Shown here in pieces: positions 23,580 to 36,589 of a DNA stretch of 64,000 nt; positions within the stretch are counted from its first letter, which is position 1, and the number at the start of each line of letters is the position of its first letter. The stretch is from NCBI RefSeq assembly GCF_006345805.1, contig NC_043014.1:17546001-17610000 (forward strand). The letters run 5' to 3'. A program made the position numbers and the translations under genes. The notes beneath the pieces are model-generated. The model saw nothing but the letters and a program-made list of their open reading frames with translations. It made no database searches and was not told the origin of the DNA. Origin of the DNA: Octopus sinensis (Eukaryota).

Positions 23580-24269
23580 CCTCATCTTATAAAATGTGGC
23601 CCCAGTAGACCCAAATGAAATCAGGTTATATTAACCAAAATGTGAAAAGGGGTCTAAATGGGGCTGGAAGGGGATTAAAATTTAAAGGAGCGGGTGTTTA
23701 GCAATTCTCTGTTACATCAACCTAAAAAATTTGCGCCAGCCTTTTAATCGTCAATGTGTTGCCGTCCATGATGAAGAAGTTTTAAATGCTTGCCATTGTG
23801 AGTCTAGTGTCGTGAGAAAGAATCAATTCAAAACTTGGTTTTTAGGGATTTTCTTTTACATCAAGTTCAAAATTTTACGCCAGCCGTTGAACTGTCAATA
23901 CGTTGCTGTCCGTCGTTAAGAAATGCCAGCCATGGTAACTCTACTATCCTCAAATTCTATCCCTTCAAACTTTGGTTTCCAATATTTTATTATTTTTATT
24001 CAGCTCGCAAGTTCGTCTGTCCCTTTTAAATGTTAGTGTTTTGCTGTCTGCCTTGAAGCAAACCTTTCCGTTGTTACTGCCTGATATTTATGATTGATCT
24101 TTCTAAGTATTTTATTTCTCACCTTACTCAAGATCTTTTGTTGTTTATAAATGAGAGAGAGATAGATAAAGATAGAGAGTAAGCGAAAGCGAGGAAGAGT
24201 CCGAGAGAAAGGAAGAGTAAGAGAGTGGGAAAGTGAGAGAGAAAGGAGAGAGAAACAAAGAGGGAGAAT

Positions 24270-24590
24270 CATCATCATCATCATCATCGTTTAACGTCCG
24301 TTTTCCGTGCTAGCACGGGTTGGACAGTTTGACAGGGGTCTGGGAAGCCAGGAGGCTGCACCAGGCTCCAGTCTGATCTGGCAGTGTTTTGACAGGTGGA
24401 TGCCCTTCCTAACGCCAACCACTCTGTGAGCGTAGAGGGTGCTTTTTTCGTGCCGCCGGCACAGGTGCCAGGGGGGCTGGCAGCGGCCACGATCGGTTGG
24501 TACTTTTTACGTGCAACCAGCACAGAAGCCAGTCAAGGCGGCGCTGCAATCGGCCACGTTCGGATGGTGCTTTTTACGGGCTGAAAGGAA
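24270..24590 (-). mobile_element. 3' UTR fragment of an RTE-clade LINE ending in (GAT)n
   Basis: Matches the 3' end of the RTE copy at 39340-39700 (CATCATCGTTTAACGTCCG...GATGCCCTTCCTAACGCCAACCAC). Confidence 0.75.
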
Positions 24591-24648
24591 GCAACAGAAA
24601 GTAACAACCACACTCTTACCCGCGCGTAGAGCGGGTCACCTTCAGCTA

Positions 24649-24771
<123 letters not shown>

Positions 24772-24982
24772 TATGTGAAATAGAAAGATGAATAATCTTG
24801 TAGTAGATTAATCAAAAGTTTAACCGATACCTTAGTAGCAAAAATCACAGCAGTAAACAGCACGGTTGGAGGTACAACCATCTGGCGTTACAACCGTGCG
24901 TTGGTGCGGATAATTGAAATTAAAACATTATTGGTGAATTGTAGAAATGGAGCTGAACGCAGATTGAACAGAAATCGTTTTA

Positions 24983-25072
24983 TTTCATTCTACACGTGTT
25001 TCGAAAGGCACAAATTACCAAAATCCGATTGAATAATGGGACCATATTGTGTCTTTCTCTTCAGGAAGAAAA
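24983..25072 (-). ncRNA. Mirror copy of the same hammerhead motif on the minus strand
   Basis: Exact reverse complement of 25086-25175. Confidence 0.72.
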
Positions 25073-25085
25073 AACGGATTTCCTT

Positions 25086-25175
25086 TTTTCTTCCTGAAGA
25101 GAAAGACACAATATGGTCCCATTATTCAATCGGATTTTGGTAATTTGTGCCTTTCGAAACACGTGTAGAATGAAA
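25086..25175 (+). ncRNA. Type-I hammerhead ribozyme (predicted, Penelope-like)
   Basis: CTGAAGA (25094-25100); helix II GAAAG-A-CACAA/TTGTG-C-CTTTC; GAAA (25156-25159); helix III in palindromic ACACGTGT; GUA cleavage triplet (A25167); helix I TTC/GAA plus T-run/GAAA. Confidence 0.72.
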
Positions 25176-25243
25176 TAAAACGATTTCTGTTCAATCTGCG
25201 TTCAGCTCCATTTCTACAATTCACCAATAATGTTTTATATATA

Positions 25244-25304
<61 letters not shown>

Positions 25305-25310
<6 letters not shown>

Positions 25311-25515
25311 GTGTGTCTGTGTTTGTCCCCCCCCAACAACGCTTGACAACCGATGCTGGTGTGTTTACGTCACCGTAACTTAGCGGTTCGGCAAAAGTGA
25401 CCGATAGAATAAGTACTAGGCTTACAAAGAATAAGTCCTAGGGTCGGTTTGCTCGACTAAAGGCGGTGATCCAGCATGGCCACAGTCAAATGACTGAAAC
25501 AAGTAAAAAGAATTT
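25305..25515 (+). mobile_element. 3' half of the octopus-type SINE
   Basis: TTGACAACCGATGCTGG...GTCAAATGACTGAAACAAGTAAAA. Confidence 0.75.
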
Positions 25516-25950
25516 TAAAAAAAGAGTAAATCTGCTTCAAATGGTGTAGATTCTGATTAAATAAGAATTTGTGGTAAAAAACAAAAAAGAAAAATTCCGA
25601 GAGAAGGAAGAGGACTTTCGGATTATTCAGTCGAGTCGAGTTTGTTTCCTCCTAACTTTCAGAAAAATAGCCATTTTTTAATGAAATTTTCTACAAATAC
25701 TTTTCAGATAGTGTAGATTACGATTAAATCAGAATTTAATATGAAAAGAAAGAAAAGAGAATACGTACTAATGCACATCACATACTTCTGCAAAAGGAAA
25801 CTTGGAATTTCTAAAAAAATTGTAATGTGCCAGTCAGTAAGTATGTGCGTGAATCAACCATTTTCTTTTTCATATTAAATTCTGAAATAATTGTAATCTG
25901 CACACTGTGAAAGGTATTGGGGGAGAATTTCGTAAAAAAACAAAAAATTA

Positions 25951-26230
25951 TACTACTTAAGAAGAGTGGTCCTGGTGCGCGCACTCGCGTATCCGCGCTA
26001 GCTAGTCGTGACTAGTCGATCCTTTGTGCTTTTGTGATTTATTTACTTTGTTTTTGTGTTTTATTTACTTTGTTTTAAAAAAAATTATTTACTTTGGGTA
26101 AAAAAATTATTTATTTTGTGTTTTATTTACTTTGCTAGGTAGTCGTTGTAGGATCGACTAGTCACGACTAGCTAGTACGGATGCGCGAGTACGTGAGTGC
26201 GCGCACCGGGACCACTCTTCTTAAGTAGTA
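25951..26230. mobile_element. MITE with ~70-bp imperfect TIRs, probable TA TSD
   Basis: TA-CTACTTAAGAAGAGTGGTCC...GGACCACTCTTCTTAAGTAG-TA; AT-rich interior with repeated TTTATTTACTTTG. Confidence 0.8.
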
Positions 26231-26688
26231 CCCAAAAAATTTCTTTGAAAGATATGAGGAAGCAAAGTGTGTTTGGGTGGTGGGGCATACTTGTGTTGGT
26301 ATGCCTCTATATCTCTATATATCTCTCTACGTATACGTGTGTGCGTATGCGCTTGTCTCCACACCACTTGATAATCTGTGTTGGCTTATTTACATCTTGT
26401 AATTAGCTGTTGAGCAAAAGAGGCGATAAAATAAGAACTAGAATGAAAAGGAAATAGCACTGTGGTCGATTTGATCAACTTAAAGCCTTCGAAGCGGTGC
26501 CTCAGCACGATCGCAGTCAAAAGATGCAAGCACGTAAAAGAATAAATCATAAATGAACCGGGAAATTTGTTAAAACTAGAAATAACGCATTTCTGCGTGT
26601 AGCAGCTTCCATAGATTTCATTCTCATTGAAAAACTTCTACCGTTGCACACTAGTTTATAAACAACCACCCAAACAAGCTTCAGCGCA

Positions 26689-26784
26689 CTTCGTTGTTTA
26701 ACTAGTGGATCTGCTGACTACTTCGTTGTTTAACTAGTGGATCTGCTGACTACTTCGTTGTTTAACTAGTGGATCTGCTGACTA
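26689..26784. repeat. 32-bp perfect tandem repeat x3 just upstream of the cystatin ATG
   Basis: CTTCGTTGTTTAACTAGTGGATCTGCTGACTA at 26689, 26721 and 26753; ends 17 bp before ATG 26802. Confidence 0.95.
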
Positions 26785-26801
26785 TTTCCTCGTTTATCAC
26801 G

Positions 26802-26870
26802 ATGCCTTTGTGTGGAGGATTGTCTGACAAAAAAGATATTACTGATGAGGTTAAAAATTTATGCGATGAA
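26802..26870 (+). CDS. CSTB-like: Cystatin-B/stefin-like protein, exon 1 (MPLCGGLSDKKDITDEVKNLCDE)
   Basis: Stefin N-terminal CGG motif, phase-0 donor GTGAGT at 26871; joins in frame to exon 2. Not in the ORF track (too short). Confidence 0.85.
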
Positions 26871-27119
26871 GTGAGTTATTTTTTTTTCTATTTTCGATAA
26901 TTTCATTTAATCATTACTCTTCTTGCCTAGTTTGCATCGAACAGATATGACCATCCCGTTTTTTATTATCATTGCTTCAGACATTGTATATGCAGGACAA
27001 ACATTTGTTTTCTCTAATTCAGTCTGAATTAAGAAGCATTCGACTACCTCTTCTAGCAATCTGAGCGACCACGTAAGGGCTTCTCGTTTGTTGGCTTATA
27101 TCCCTATCATTAGGATTAT

Positions 27120-27300
27120 TAAGGCGGTAAGCTCGTAGAATCGTTAGCGAGTCAGACAAAATACCTAGCAGATTTCTTCAGGCTTTTTTACGTTCTGGGT
27201 TCAAATTCCGCCTAGGTTGATTTGCCTTTCATCCTTTCGGTGTCGATAAAATAAATACCTGTTGGACACAGGTGTCGATGTAATCAACGTACACCCTTCT
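27120..27300 (+). mobile_element. tRNA-derived SINE, second family (in cystatin intron 1)
   Basis: GGCGGTAAGCTCGTAGAATCGTTAGC...GGGTTCAAATTCC...GTCGATAAAATAAATACC. Confidence 0.65.
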
Positions 27301-29139
27301 ATGTATCAGAATTCGAAACCATTAACCCGTTATTGTTACAGATCGCCTACGCAGTGGTACATATGTACCTTAAAAAAAAAACAACAAAAAAACAATGATC
27401 GCCTTAAAAACCATTCAAGTTGTAGTCAGCATCTGTGTAGAGTCGAAAATTATCTAATTCGTTACAAACTCTAATTTTTCGGATGTGTAGATTCTTCGAG
27501 GAAAATAAAGAAATGGATAAAAGGGTGTGGCGTTAGTATGATCAAAGTTAAACAAAAACAGCAGTAACAACTGCACATCGAAAGTAGCTGATAGAAGATA
27601 TTCAGTCGATGTTCTGGCGAAGGTAAAGCTCGTGCACACCACCTATTTCCGATGTTTAAAAAAAAATTTTTTTCAAAAATTTTTCGGATTTCTATGATTC
27701 CGATATAGAATACAATCCTGCCCCAAAATGTGAAATTTTGTGGTAATTTAATCAGCAGTCCGTGGTTAATCCCCGAACTTTTCTTGGATAGATTAACGTT
27801 GTAAATATTGTTTATCTTTTACTTGTTTCATTTATTGAAACGTGATGGCCATCCTGGGGCACCTCATTGAAGGGTTTAGTCGAATTAATCGACCCCATAC
27901 TTATTTTGGTAACTTTTTACCATTACCTGTTCGGTGATGTAGTTAATGTATATATGTAATTTTGTGGGTGTCCGTTCAATAATTTCTAAGTTTTAGGTGG
28001 ACAGACATAATCAAAAACTTTAATTAGATTTCATTTTATCGACCCTGGCGAGAGGGGTTAGCATAATGAAGTACGAGTGAAATTGGGTTCGGTAGGATTT
28101 GAAACCAGAACATAAAGATTTTTACCGACGAGACTTTTTTCAGACGCACTAAGGTAATGGTTTTCAACCTGGGGTCTGCAAAGGTAGTGCTGGGGATCGG
28201 TAAACTAAATTCAAAATTTCATATATATAAATATTACATAACGATAAGCATGTTAAAAGGGGTCCGTGGGAAAACTCATTTAAATAAAAGGTTTAGGAAC
28301 CACTGCACTAAGGATTCCGCCAATTCACCACCAAGTAACAAACTGCCCTATTATTTCCTGGATAGAAATTCCGAAGGATTCGATCCTTTTAGGAAAATAA
28401 TCGAGTCTTCACCCAGAAAACGTAGAAGGCATAAGTCGACGGCATTGGATTTAATAAATGTAATATTAAAAACCTCACTTGCCAACCGCATGGTTTCAGG
28501 TTCAGTCCCATTGCTTGACACCTTGGACAAGTGTCTTTTGCTATAGCCCCGGGCCGACCAAAGCCTTGTGAGTGGATTTGGTAGACATAAACTGAGAGAG
28601 GCCGTGGTATATATTTAAGTGTGTATATATTATGTATTTATTTGTGACTGTCCTTCCACCGTTTGACAACCGGTGTTGATTTGTATACGTCCTCGTAACA
28701 ACGATTCACCAATTGTTTTCCTTTACAAAGCAAGAAATCCATTTAACTTCGAGTAATTTACACATATTTTCGTAGAGAAGAGAGAGAGAGGATGACAGAG
28801 AAAGAAAGACAGAATAGAGTGTAAGAGAGAGAGAAGAGGATTGGAGGAGAGAGAGGGGTATTTGATTAAATTTAGAGAAAGAGTTGTAGAACAAATGAAT
28901 GACACTGCTAGAGTAGGAACAGGAGAGTAAACAAACAGGACGTAATCTCAGACGTAATTTAAAAAAAAAATTATTCTCTCTTATACTCTCTCTCTCACAT
29001 TACTTTTTTTCTCCCTCTCCCTTCTCTATCTCTAACTCTTTATCTCCCTCTCTCTATTTCTATCTATCTCTTGCACTCTTTCAAAACCACTGACGAAACC
29101 GATATTTTTTCTAGAACAAGTGCATTGAAGTAGTGACAG

Positions 29140-29721
29140 TGATAATTAGATAAGATGGATTAGATAAGATAGAATAGATAGATAAGATAAGCAGATAAAA
29201 TAGATTAGAGGGATTAGATAGATAAGCTAGATTATAGATTAGATAGATTAGATACATAAGATGAGATAGATAAGATAGATTAGATTAGATAGATAAGATA
29301 GATTATAGATTAGATAGATAAGATAGATTATAGATTTGTAGAGCGACTGTACATATATAAGTATGTATTTATATACATATATAACTATATATTTATATAT
29401 GTATATATATGTATATATATGTATACATATATATATGTATATATATATGTATACATATATATGTATATATATATGTATACATATATATATGTATATATAT
29501 ATGTATACATATATATATGTATATATATATGTATACATATATATATGTATATATATATGTATATATATATGTATATATATATGTATACATATATATGTAT
29601 ATATATATGTATACATATATATATGTATATATATATGTATACATATATATATGTATATATATATGTATACAATATATATGTATATATATATGTATACATA
29701 TATATATGTATATATATTATG

Positions 29722-29759
<38 letters not shown>

Positions 29760-29907
29760 TGTATATAATATGTATATATATGTATACATATATATATGTA
29801 TATATATATGTATACAATATATATGTATATATATATGTATACATATATATGTATGTATATATGTATAGATATATATATGTATATATATATGTATACATAT
29901 ATATATG
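29140..29907. repeat. Compound microsatellite (AGAT/TAGAT, then TATATG/TACATA)
   Basis: Directly visible; source of many spurious ORFs. Confidence 0.95.
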
Positions 29908-30640
29908 TAAGCCAGTACCGCATCGACTGGCCTCCGTGCTGTGGGCACATAACAAACACTATCCGATCGTGGCCATTCGCCAGCCTCATCTGGCACCTGT
30001 GTCGGTGGCACATAAAAACACCATCGACCCGGCAAGACTAGTCAGGCCATAACCCGTGGCCCCTACCTGGGACGTAGTCAGTTCACCTGTGCATACCTTC
30101 CTTCTTGTGACACTTGTGAAGACCTGTTGAGGCAAGTGAAAATCAAATCAAAACAAATCAAAATAGAAGAACATCAATGGAATTTGTATCTTTGTGGTAC
30201 CAGTGCCGGTGGCACACAAGAAAGCCATCCGAACGTGGCCGTAGCCAGTACCGCATCGACTGGCTTCCGTGCTGTGGGCACGTAACAAACACCATCCGAT
30301 CGTGGCCGTTCGCCAGCCTCATCTGGCACCTGTGTCGGTGGCACATAAAAACACCATCCGAGCGTGGCCGTCTGCCAGCCTCGTCTGGCACCTGTGTCGG
30401 TGGCTCATAAAAAAACACCATCCGAGCGTGGCCGTTCGCCAGCCTCGTCTGGCACCTGTGTCGGTGGCACATAAAATCACCCACTACACTCTCGGAGTGG
30501 TTGGCGTTAGGAAGGGCATCCAGCTGTAGAAACACTGCCAGATCTGACTGGCCTGGTGCAGCCTTCGGGCTCCCCAGACCCCAGTTGAACCGTCCAACCC
30601 ATGCTAGCATGGAAAGCGGACGTTAAATGATGATGATGAT
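29908..30640 (+). mobile_element. RTE-clade LINE 3' end with internal ~60-65-bp tandem repeats and (GAT)n tail
   Basis: GTGAAGACCTGTTGAGGCAAGTGAAAA and GGAAAGCGGACGTTAAATGATGATG match the RTE copy at 39340-39800. Confidence 0.78.
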
Positions 30641-31913
30641 GATATATATATGTATGTATATATGTGTACATATATATATGTATGTATATATATATATGTA
30701 TGTATATATATATATGTATGTATATATATATATGTATGTATATATATATATATGTATGTATATATGTATGTATTTATATACATGTATATATATGTATGTA
30801 CGTATTTATATACATGTATATATATGTATACATGTATTTATATACGTACGTATTTATATACATGTATATATATGTATACATGTATTTATATACGTATGTA
30901 TTTATGAAGGTTCATGGCTCAGTAGTTAAGGTAGGTTCGATTCCCAGATTGGGCATTGCGTTGTGTTCTTGAGCAAAGCATTTCATGTTGCTCTGTGATC
31001 ATTTCGACATCTTACATGTGACACCCATTTGCACCTGTGCAGGTAATGTCAATCTGATGGAGGGAGTGAGCTTATGTGTTCACAAACATTTGATCACTAT
31101 AAACAAATCATCTGTGTGGTTATTCGGTAAGATATTGTCAAACCCTCATACGTCATCTAAGGACAAGGGAGCCCATCATATATATGTATGTATTTATATA
31201 TATGTATATATACATGTATGTATACTTATACACACACACACACACACACACACATTTAATGTATACATATATGATATATATATATATGACTTTCTCTTTT
31301 AGTTGAGGGATCCTTGTCTTTGCAAGTCAAGGATCCCTCACGTATGTGGAAAAGTTGTGGGTTCTGGAGCCATATGAAAGGCACCCAGTCCACTCAGTAA
31401 ACCTGTTGGTGTTTTGAATGGCATCGAGCTGTGAAAAGCATGCTGATGTAAACTGTTCCTGTTAAGCTCTCCAACCCATCCCAGTAAGGAAGATCTGTTA
31501 AATGACAATGATAATGATGGTGATATTTATATATAGAATATTTCACATACAACTTGCATACAACATTCCTTTGTCAGCTGATGAGGTCAGATTACTGCAG
31601 AGTTGTTACTCCTAATGATATTAACGTGAAATAATTGAGTTCTTTTGGCCTACATCAGCATATATTCTTCTTCCTTTTATTATTCATGCAACCATCATAC
31701 TGAAGTGGATGAAGCTGTAACTACTTCAACTATAATACAACTGTTTTATTTCAATATTTTCAGTGGAGTTTTTCTCTTTGTTCAAATCTTTGGTCTTTCT
31801 CTTGCAAATAGAGGAATATCTATGGGGAAACTCTCATTGCTTCATTCTCCTGTTTGGGAATTTCAGAATCAACTACTTTGATACCCTTCTTCAATCCAAT
31901 GCAAGACTTATAT

Positions 31914-31960
<47 letters not shown>

Positions 31961-31964
<4 letters not shown>

Positions 31965-34292
31965 TAAAGATAGTTATGACCGGTCTGTGGGGTTATCTCA
32001 GGTTTTGCATCCATAAATCGCTTCATTTTATGGCATTTCTTCAGGCCCTAGTGGCCAATAGCCTAAAGTTTCTCTTGAAAGTGGAGCGGGGAAAAGACCT
32101 CATAGCTACTTGTTGAAAGCACAAAGAGTTAAGCACAAGGAATTGTCTCCCTTAGATTGCTATTTGCAGTTGATGTGGTCAGCTTGTAGGTTCCAGAGCT
32201 TCAGTAGGAATCTTCTGAAATGTAAGCAAGGTTCAAAGAATTGAAGGTGTTTCCCGAATTGAGAGAATTCTTAAATATTCTCACCCATTCAACTATGCAC
32301 AGCTTGCAACACTTGTTCCCGATGATGTAGGTGCTCAGTTCTAGGATCTTCCATGAGATTAAATGCGTGGAGTCCCTTTCATTTTCAGGTGCCACACATT
32401 ACTGCCCAAGAACGTGACATATCATCTCCCTGGGATCCTGAACAGGAACCTGTGGTTGGAGAGGTGCTGTATGAAGGTGTTTCCAGAACATCTGATGTAT
32501 CTTTGTATTATGCTGCTTCTGTTGATGTTGACACTGCTACTTTTGCTGGTACTGGTGTTGGTATTGGTGTTGGTGTTGGTAAAGGGGACATCATCGGTGG
32601 CAGTTTTGCTGCTGTCGCTGTTGGTGTTGCTATAGCTGTCATCATAGCAGTTGGAGCTATTATTGGTGCTACATTGGTGGTGGCTGATGTTGTTGTTGCT
32701 ATTATTATTTTTATCATTGTTAGCTCATTTCTAAGTTGAGGAAGAAAGTTGGGGACGCAAACCAAATGATATTTCAGCAGTGCTTCCTTCTGTGGTTGTT
32801 AGGGTCTGGCATGCAGATGATGTGGTCCCAGAATCTGCTTGTAGCTAGGGCTTTGTTATAGTAAGGGAAGTTGCTGCGTTGAAAGTTTTTTGACTAGAGG
32901 GATGGTTTGAGATCCTCTTGCTGACATCCTTCACCAGGTTTTTGAACATGATGAGTGGGTGGCAGGAGGCTGTGTTGATATATGCCAGCCTCTTGTCGAG
33001 GATGATGTCTAAAAAGTTTGCAGTGGTGAGGTTAGTGTCAGCTGTAATTTTCAGTCCCATTGAACCAAGTGTGCTAATCAGATTGTTCCTAAGCCTATCT
33101 AGGGTGTGCCTATTAGCTCCTCTAGAGATAAGCAAGGCATCATCTCTGTAGAGACCAAGGAAGATAGAGGGGAATTTATTCTTTAGCGTATCCAGGATGT
33201 AAAACCCAATGAAGTTGCATACACCAGCAGTCATAGCCACCCCCTCACTACATCAAAGGAGCCCATGGGGTTGGTTTGTTTGATCCAGGTCAAACCTTTA
33301 TTGAACAGTACCATTTTCCTAGTGTGCATTATGACATCTGTGTCCCTATCACTAATGTCAGTGAAGCCCCTAGGGAAGGAAAGTGCCTTGACCAGTAACC
33401 CTTTTGATATAGATGGGCAAAATGTCAAATTAGGTGAATCTTGATCTGCCCGTCTCCTTGTTGGCATTAAACCATGTAATCACCTTGTTGGTGCTACACC
33501 ATAGGGAGAGGTTTGTGGGTCTCCTTATGTCATTAATGTTCCTCAGTATGTGCTGGCTTGCCTGACCGACCTTGGATTTAGCCAGGTTGATCAGACAGTA
33601 TTTAAGGTTCAAGACAAAGTTGATAGTAATAAAAGCATTCTTCTTAGCTAAAATTTCTATCCTATCTGCTATATCTAATTTGTTGGCCAACTGTTTGCCT
33701 TCGCTGTTGATGTTGTATGTATGGGGTAGGTGGGAAGTGTGCCTATAGTTCTGTGTAATGTTGTTTTCTAATAGTCTGCTATAAGTGTGGGTGTCTATTC
33801 TATATAGTTTTTTTTTGTCATGTCAGAAGATTAGGGGCCTCTTGGAATTTTTTAATTGTCTAATGTTGGTATGGAGTTTATATTGGAAGGAGAAAGAGGA
33901 CTTACTGAATTTTAGCTTAGAAATGATGCCAAGCAGCTCTGTTTTGAAGGCCTTAAGGTCCTTGATCCTGGGTGGGTACTTCCTATATCTGATCCTGTAT
34001 ATATTATTCTCTGGAAATGTCATGGCTTAGTCATAGTAGAAGGCCTACCATTGCATTCAGTTTATTAGATTAATCATTTTTTCCAGCAGCATTCTTGTAT
34101 ACAGCTTGTTAGATGGTGCAGGGATGTTCTTAGAGGATACAAGGTCAACTTGTTCCATATTTTCGAGAGATTAAGTGAAGAGAGGTTATAGGCCACCAGT
34201 CATCAGGGTATGAAGAAATGTCATAAAGTTAAGCACTTTATGGGCATGAAAACCACAGTAACTCCATATACTGACCATAACTATCTTTATCT
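31961..34292 (-). mobile_element. Degenerate Penelope-like element remnant
   Basis: Minus-strand fragments GLYRDDALLIS (RT), NNIYRIRYRKYP and a CKLC motif; 18-bp inverted ends TAGATAAAGATAGTTATG (31961)/CATAACTATCTTTATCTA (34292). Confidence 0.6.
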
Positions 34293-34391
34293 AAATACTC
34301 TACTGCTTTATAACTTAGAGTGTGCATCTCTTTTGGATTTATGATTTACTGACAAGATATATATATATATATATATATATAAATATGTATA

Positions 34392-34455
<64 letters not shown>

Positions 34456-35138
34456 CACAATTGCAGTGTGCAAGATATTTGTATAACTTACAAATATCTT
34501 CCATGCTGCAATTGTTTTTTTTTCAATACATGATCTCATATCAAGTCATTGTAGTTATGAGTTGTAAAAGAAATGGAAAGTATGCGAGTTGTGTGTATAC
34601 ATGTATTTATGTGTACATATGTGTGTATGTATGTGTATGTATATGTGTGTGTGTGTGTATGTACATATATATGGGGTATACAGTATCCCCATACACTATT
34701 ACACACACCTGGACATACTATATTCTTCCATTTAGTCCAGATAAACACACACGCACACACACATAACAGGGGCATGAATAACCTCATTAGCTAATAAACA
34801 GCAAGCTGATAAGGGAGCTTTTATATTGTCCCTCATACCACTAGAAATAGCAACAATCTCTCCCTCATTTTAAATAGTGTAAATGGCATTCATTAGGTAA
34901 TGCAGCCCTAGGCACCTAATTAAAAGATGGGTGAGTCATGGTTGGCATACCTTTGATCAGAGATCTATTTGATCAAGGTTGATCTGGAAACATGAACAAT
35001 GAAACATGAACAATAGCCTCATTAACATGAACAATGAAACATGAACAATAGCCTCATTAATCCCCCTGTATTTTACTGTTATGTGTCTTAAGTGCAGAAG
35101 ACCAGCAAATGTGTTTTGAAGAAAGCTACTTCAATGCC

Positions 35139-35397
35139 CACAGGCATATGGCGTAGTGGTTAAGAGAGTGGGCTACTAACCCCAAGATTCGAAGTTTGAT
35201 TCCAAGCAGTGACCTGAACAATAACAATGATAATAATAATAACATCGAAAAATATGTTAGGAATGAGAACCCAGGTTCGAAATTTCCCCAAGACACCTGA
35301 AGAAGGCTGGAGAGTATATCAGCCAAAATGTTGTGTTACCAACAAGCACGATGAGGACAAATATCCGTTGAATGTAAATAATATAAATAATGTAAAT
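35139..35397 (+). mobile_element. tRNA-headed SINE with 17-bp TSD and a decayed hammerhead-like motif in its body
   Basis: A box TGGCGTAGTGG, B-box-like GTTTGATTCC; TSD AAAGCTACTTCAATGCC at 35122-35138 and 35398-35414; GACAC-CTGAAGA-A-GGCTG...CAGCC-AAAA-TGTT-GTGTT at ~35292-35337. Confidence 0.75.
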
Positions 35398-36548
35398 AAA
35401 GCTACTTCAATGCCACAGTAATCACTATTAAAGCAAAAGTGAAGAGAAATAAATCATTATCTGAAGTTGGTGTTCTAGCATGGCCACAGTCCAATGACTA
35501 AAACAAACAAAAGACTAAAAGGATATCTTAGGACTGCCAAGTTACATTTAATACACTACATGTCAAAGTGTAACTAAAGTCAGAACATTATGTACCTGGA
35601 ACAATGGCTCTGCTGATCATATCAAATTATTTGACTATCATACACTTTATTGTGCAAAATTTATGAAAAATATAACACATTGGCAAGCTGAAAAATGAAT
35701 ACAGTGTTGGTATTAGTTTCTGCTCAGGAAATGGGGGGAAAATGAAGGAAGTGTCTTTAATGTTTTGAGTAATTACTCTTCTTCTGAAAGGTGGCAAAGA
35801 CATGGAGAAAAAAGAACAGAATAGGGAAATTGAAGAAATTCAAGTCATCTATGTCTATGCTGATCTGAGGCTGGGCAACAACAATGAGAACACGAGCTCC
35901 TTACGCAATAATGTTGATCATATATAGATCTTTTTTACCTCCATTTTCATTTGGTTTCTTAATTAAATTCAAGTATATATATATTCTATAATATAGGCTA
36001 CTATATTTTATGGTGTAAAAGACATATGGGCATATTAGATGCATCCCAATTCCAGCAGTGTATGTTGAGGGAAGAAGTTTTTATTCATTAAAACTTATGA
36101 GAGGCCCAACTTATGTAGGACCCAGGGTTTTGAGAGACTTAAAAAAGAAACAAAAATGCATTGTATATACCATCGAATACAGTCATGTAATTATATCATG
36201 CTCATGTTTTCCTTATCAAATTATCACAATTAATTTTATTATTGTATTTTGGAGTGTTATAAACAATTACAATTTGTTTCTAAATGAGTCAGCAAAGTAG
36301 GTTTCAGCTAGTCACATGAACTGTCCTCATTACCAAATATCTACAAAAAAAAAAAATGGGCAAAACAAAGAACAGAAGTCAACAACATTAAGTTTACTCA
36401 TCATTTTAAATCAGATGACTGAATTTTCTCAGTCCCAGATTTTAATAAATATGTTTGGCTGAAATACTCCAGACTGTTGAAGAGTGTACTGAATAAGACA
36501 CTACACATCTCCACGTGTAGTTTCTATTTTCTTTTTGTAACATATTTC

Positions 36549-36589
<41 letters not shown>

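Larger units (their letters stand above)
24921..25237. repeat. Perfect palindrome, 154-bp arms and 9-bp spacer, one hammerhead motif per arm
   Basis: 24921-25074 is the reverse complement of 25084-25237; spacer CGGATTTCC. Confidence 0.95.

Noticed and set aside
29248-30052. Tyr/Ile/Met/Cys-rich ORFs here and at other TA/CA tracts
   Set aside because: Translations of microsatellites.
32353-32765. Hydrophobic or Thr/Ala/Pro-rich ORFs suggesting a membrane or mucin-like protein
   Set aside because: Low-complexity GTT/GGT repeats inside a Penelope-like remnant.
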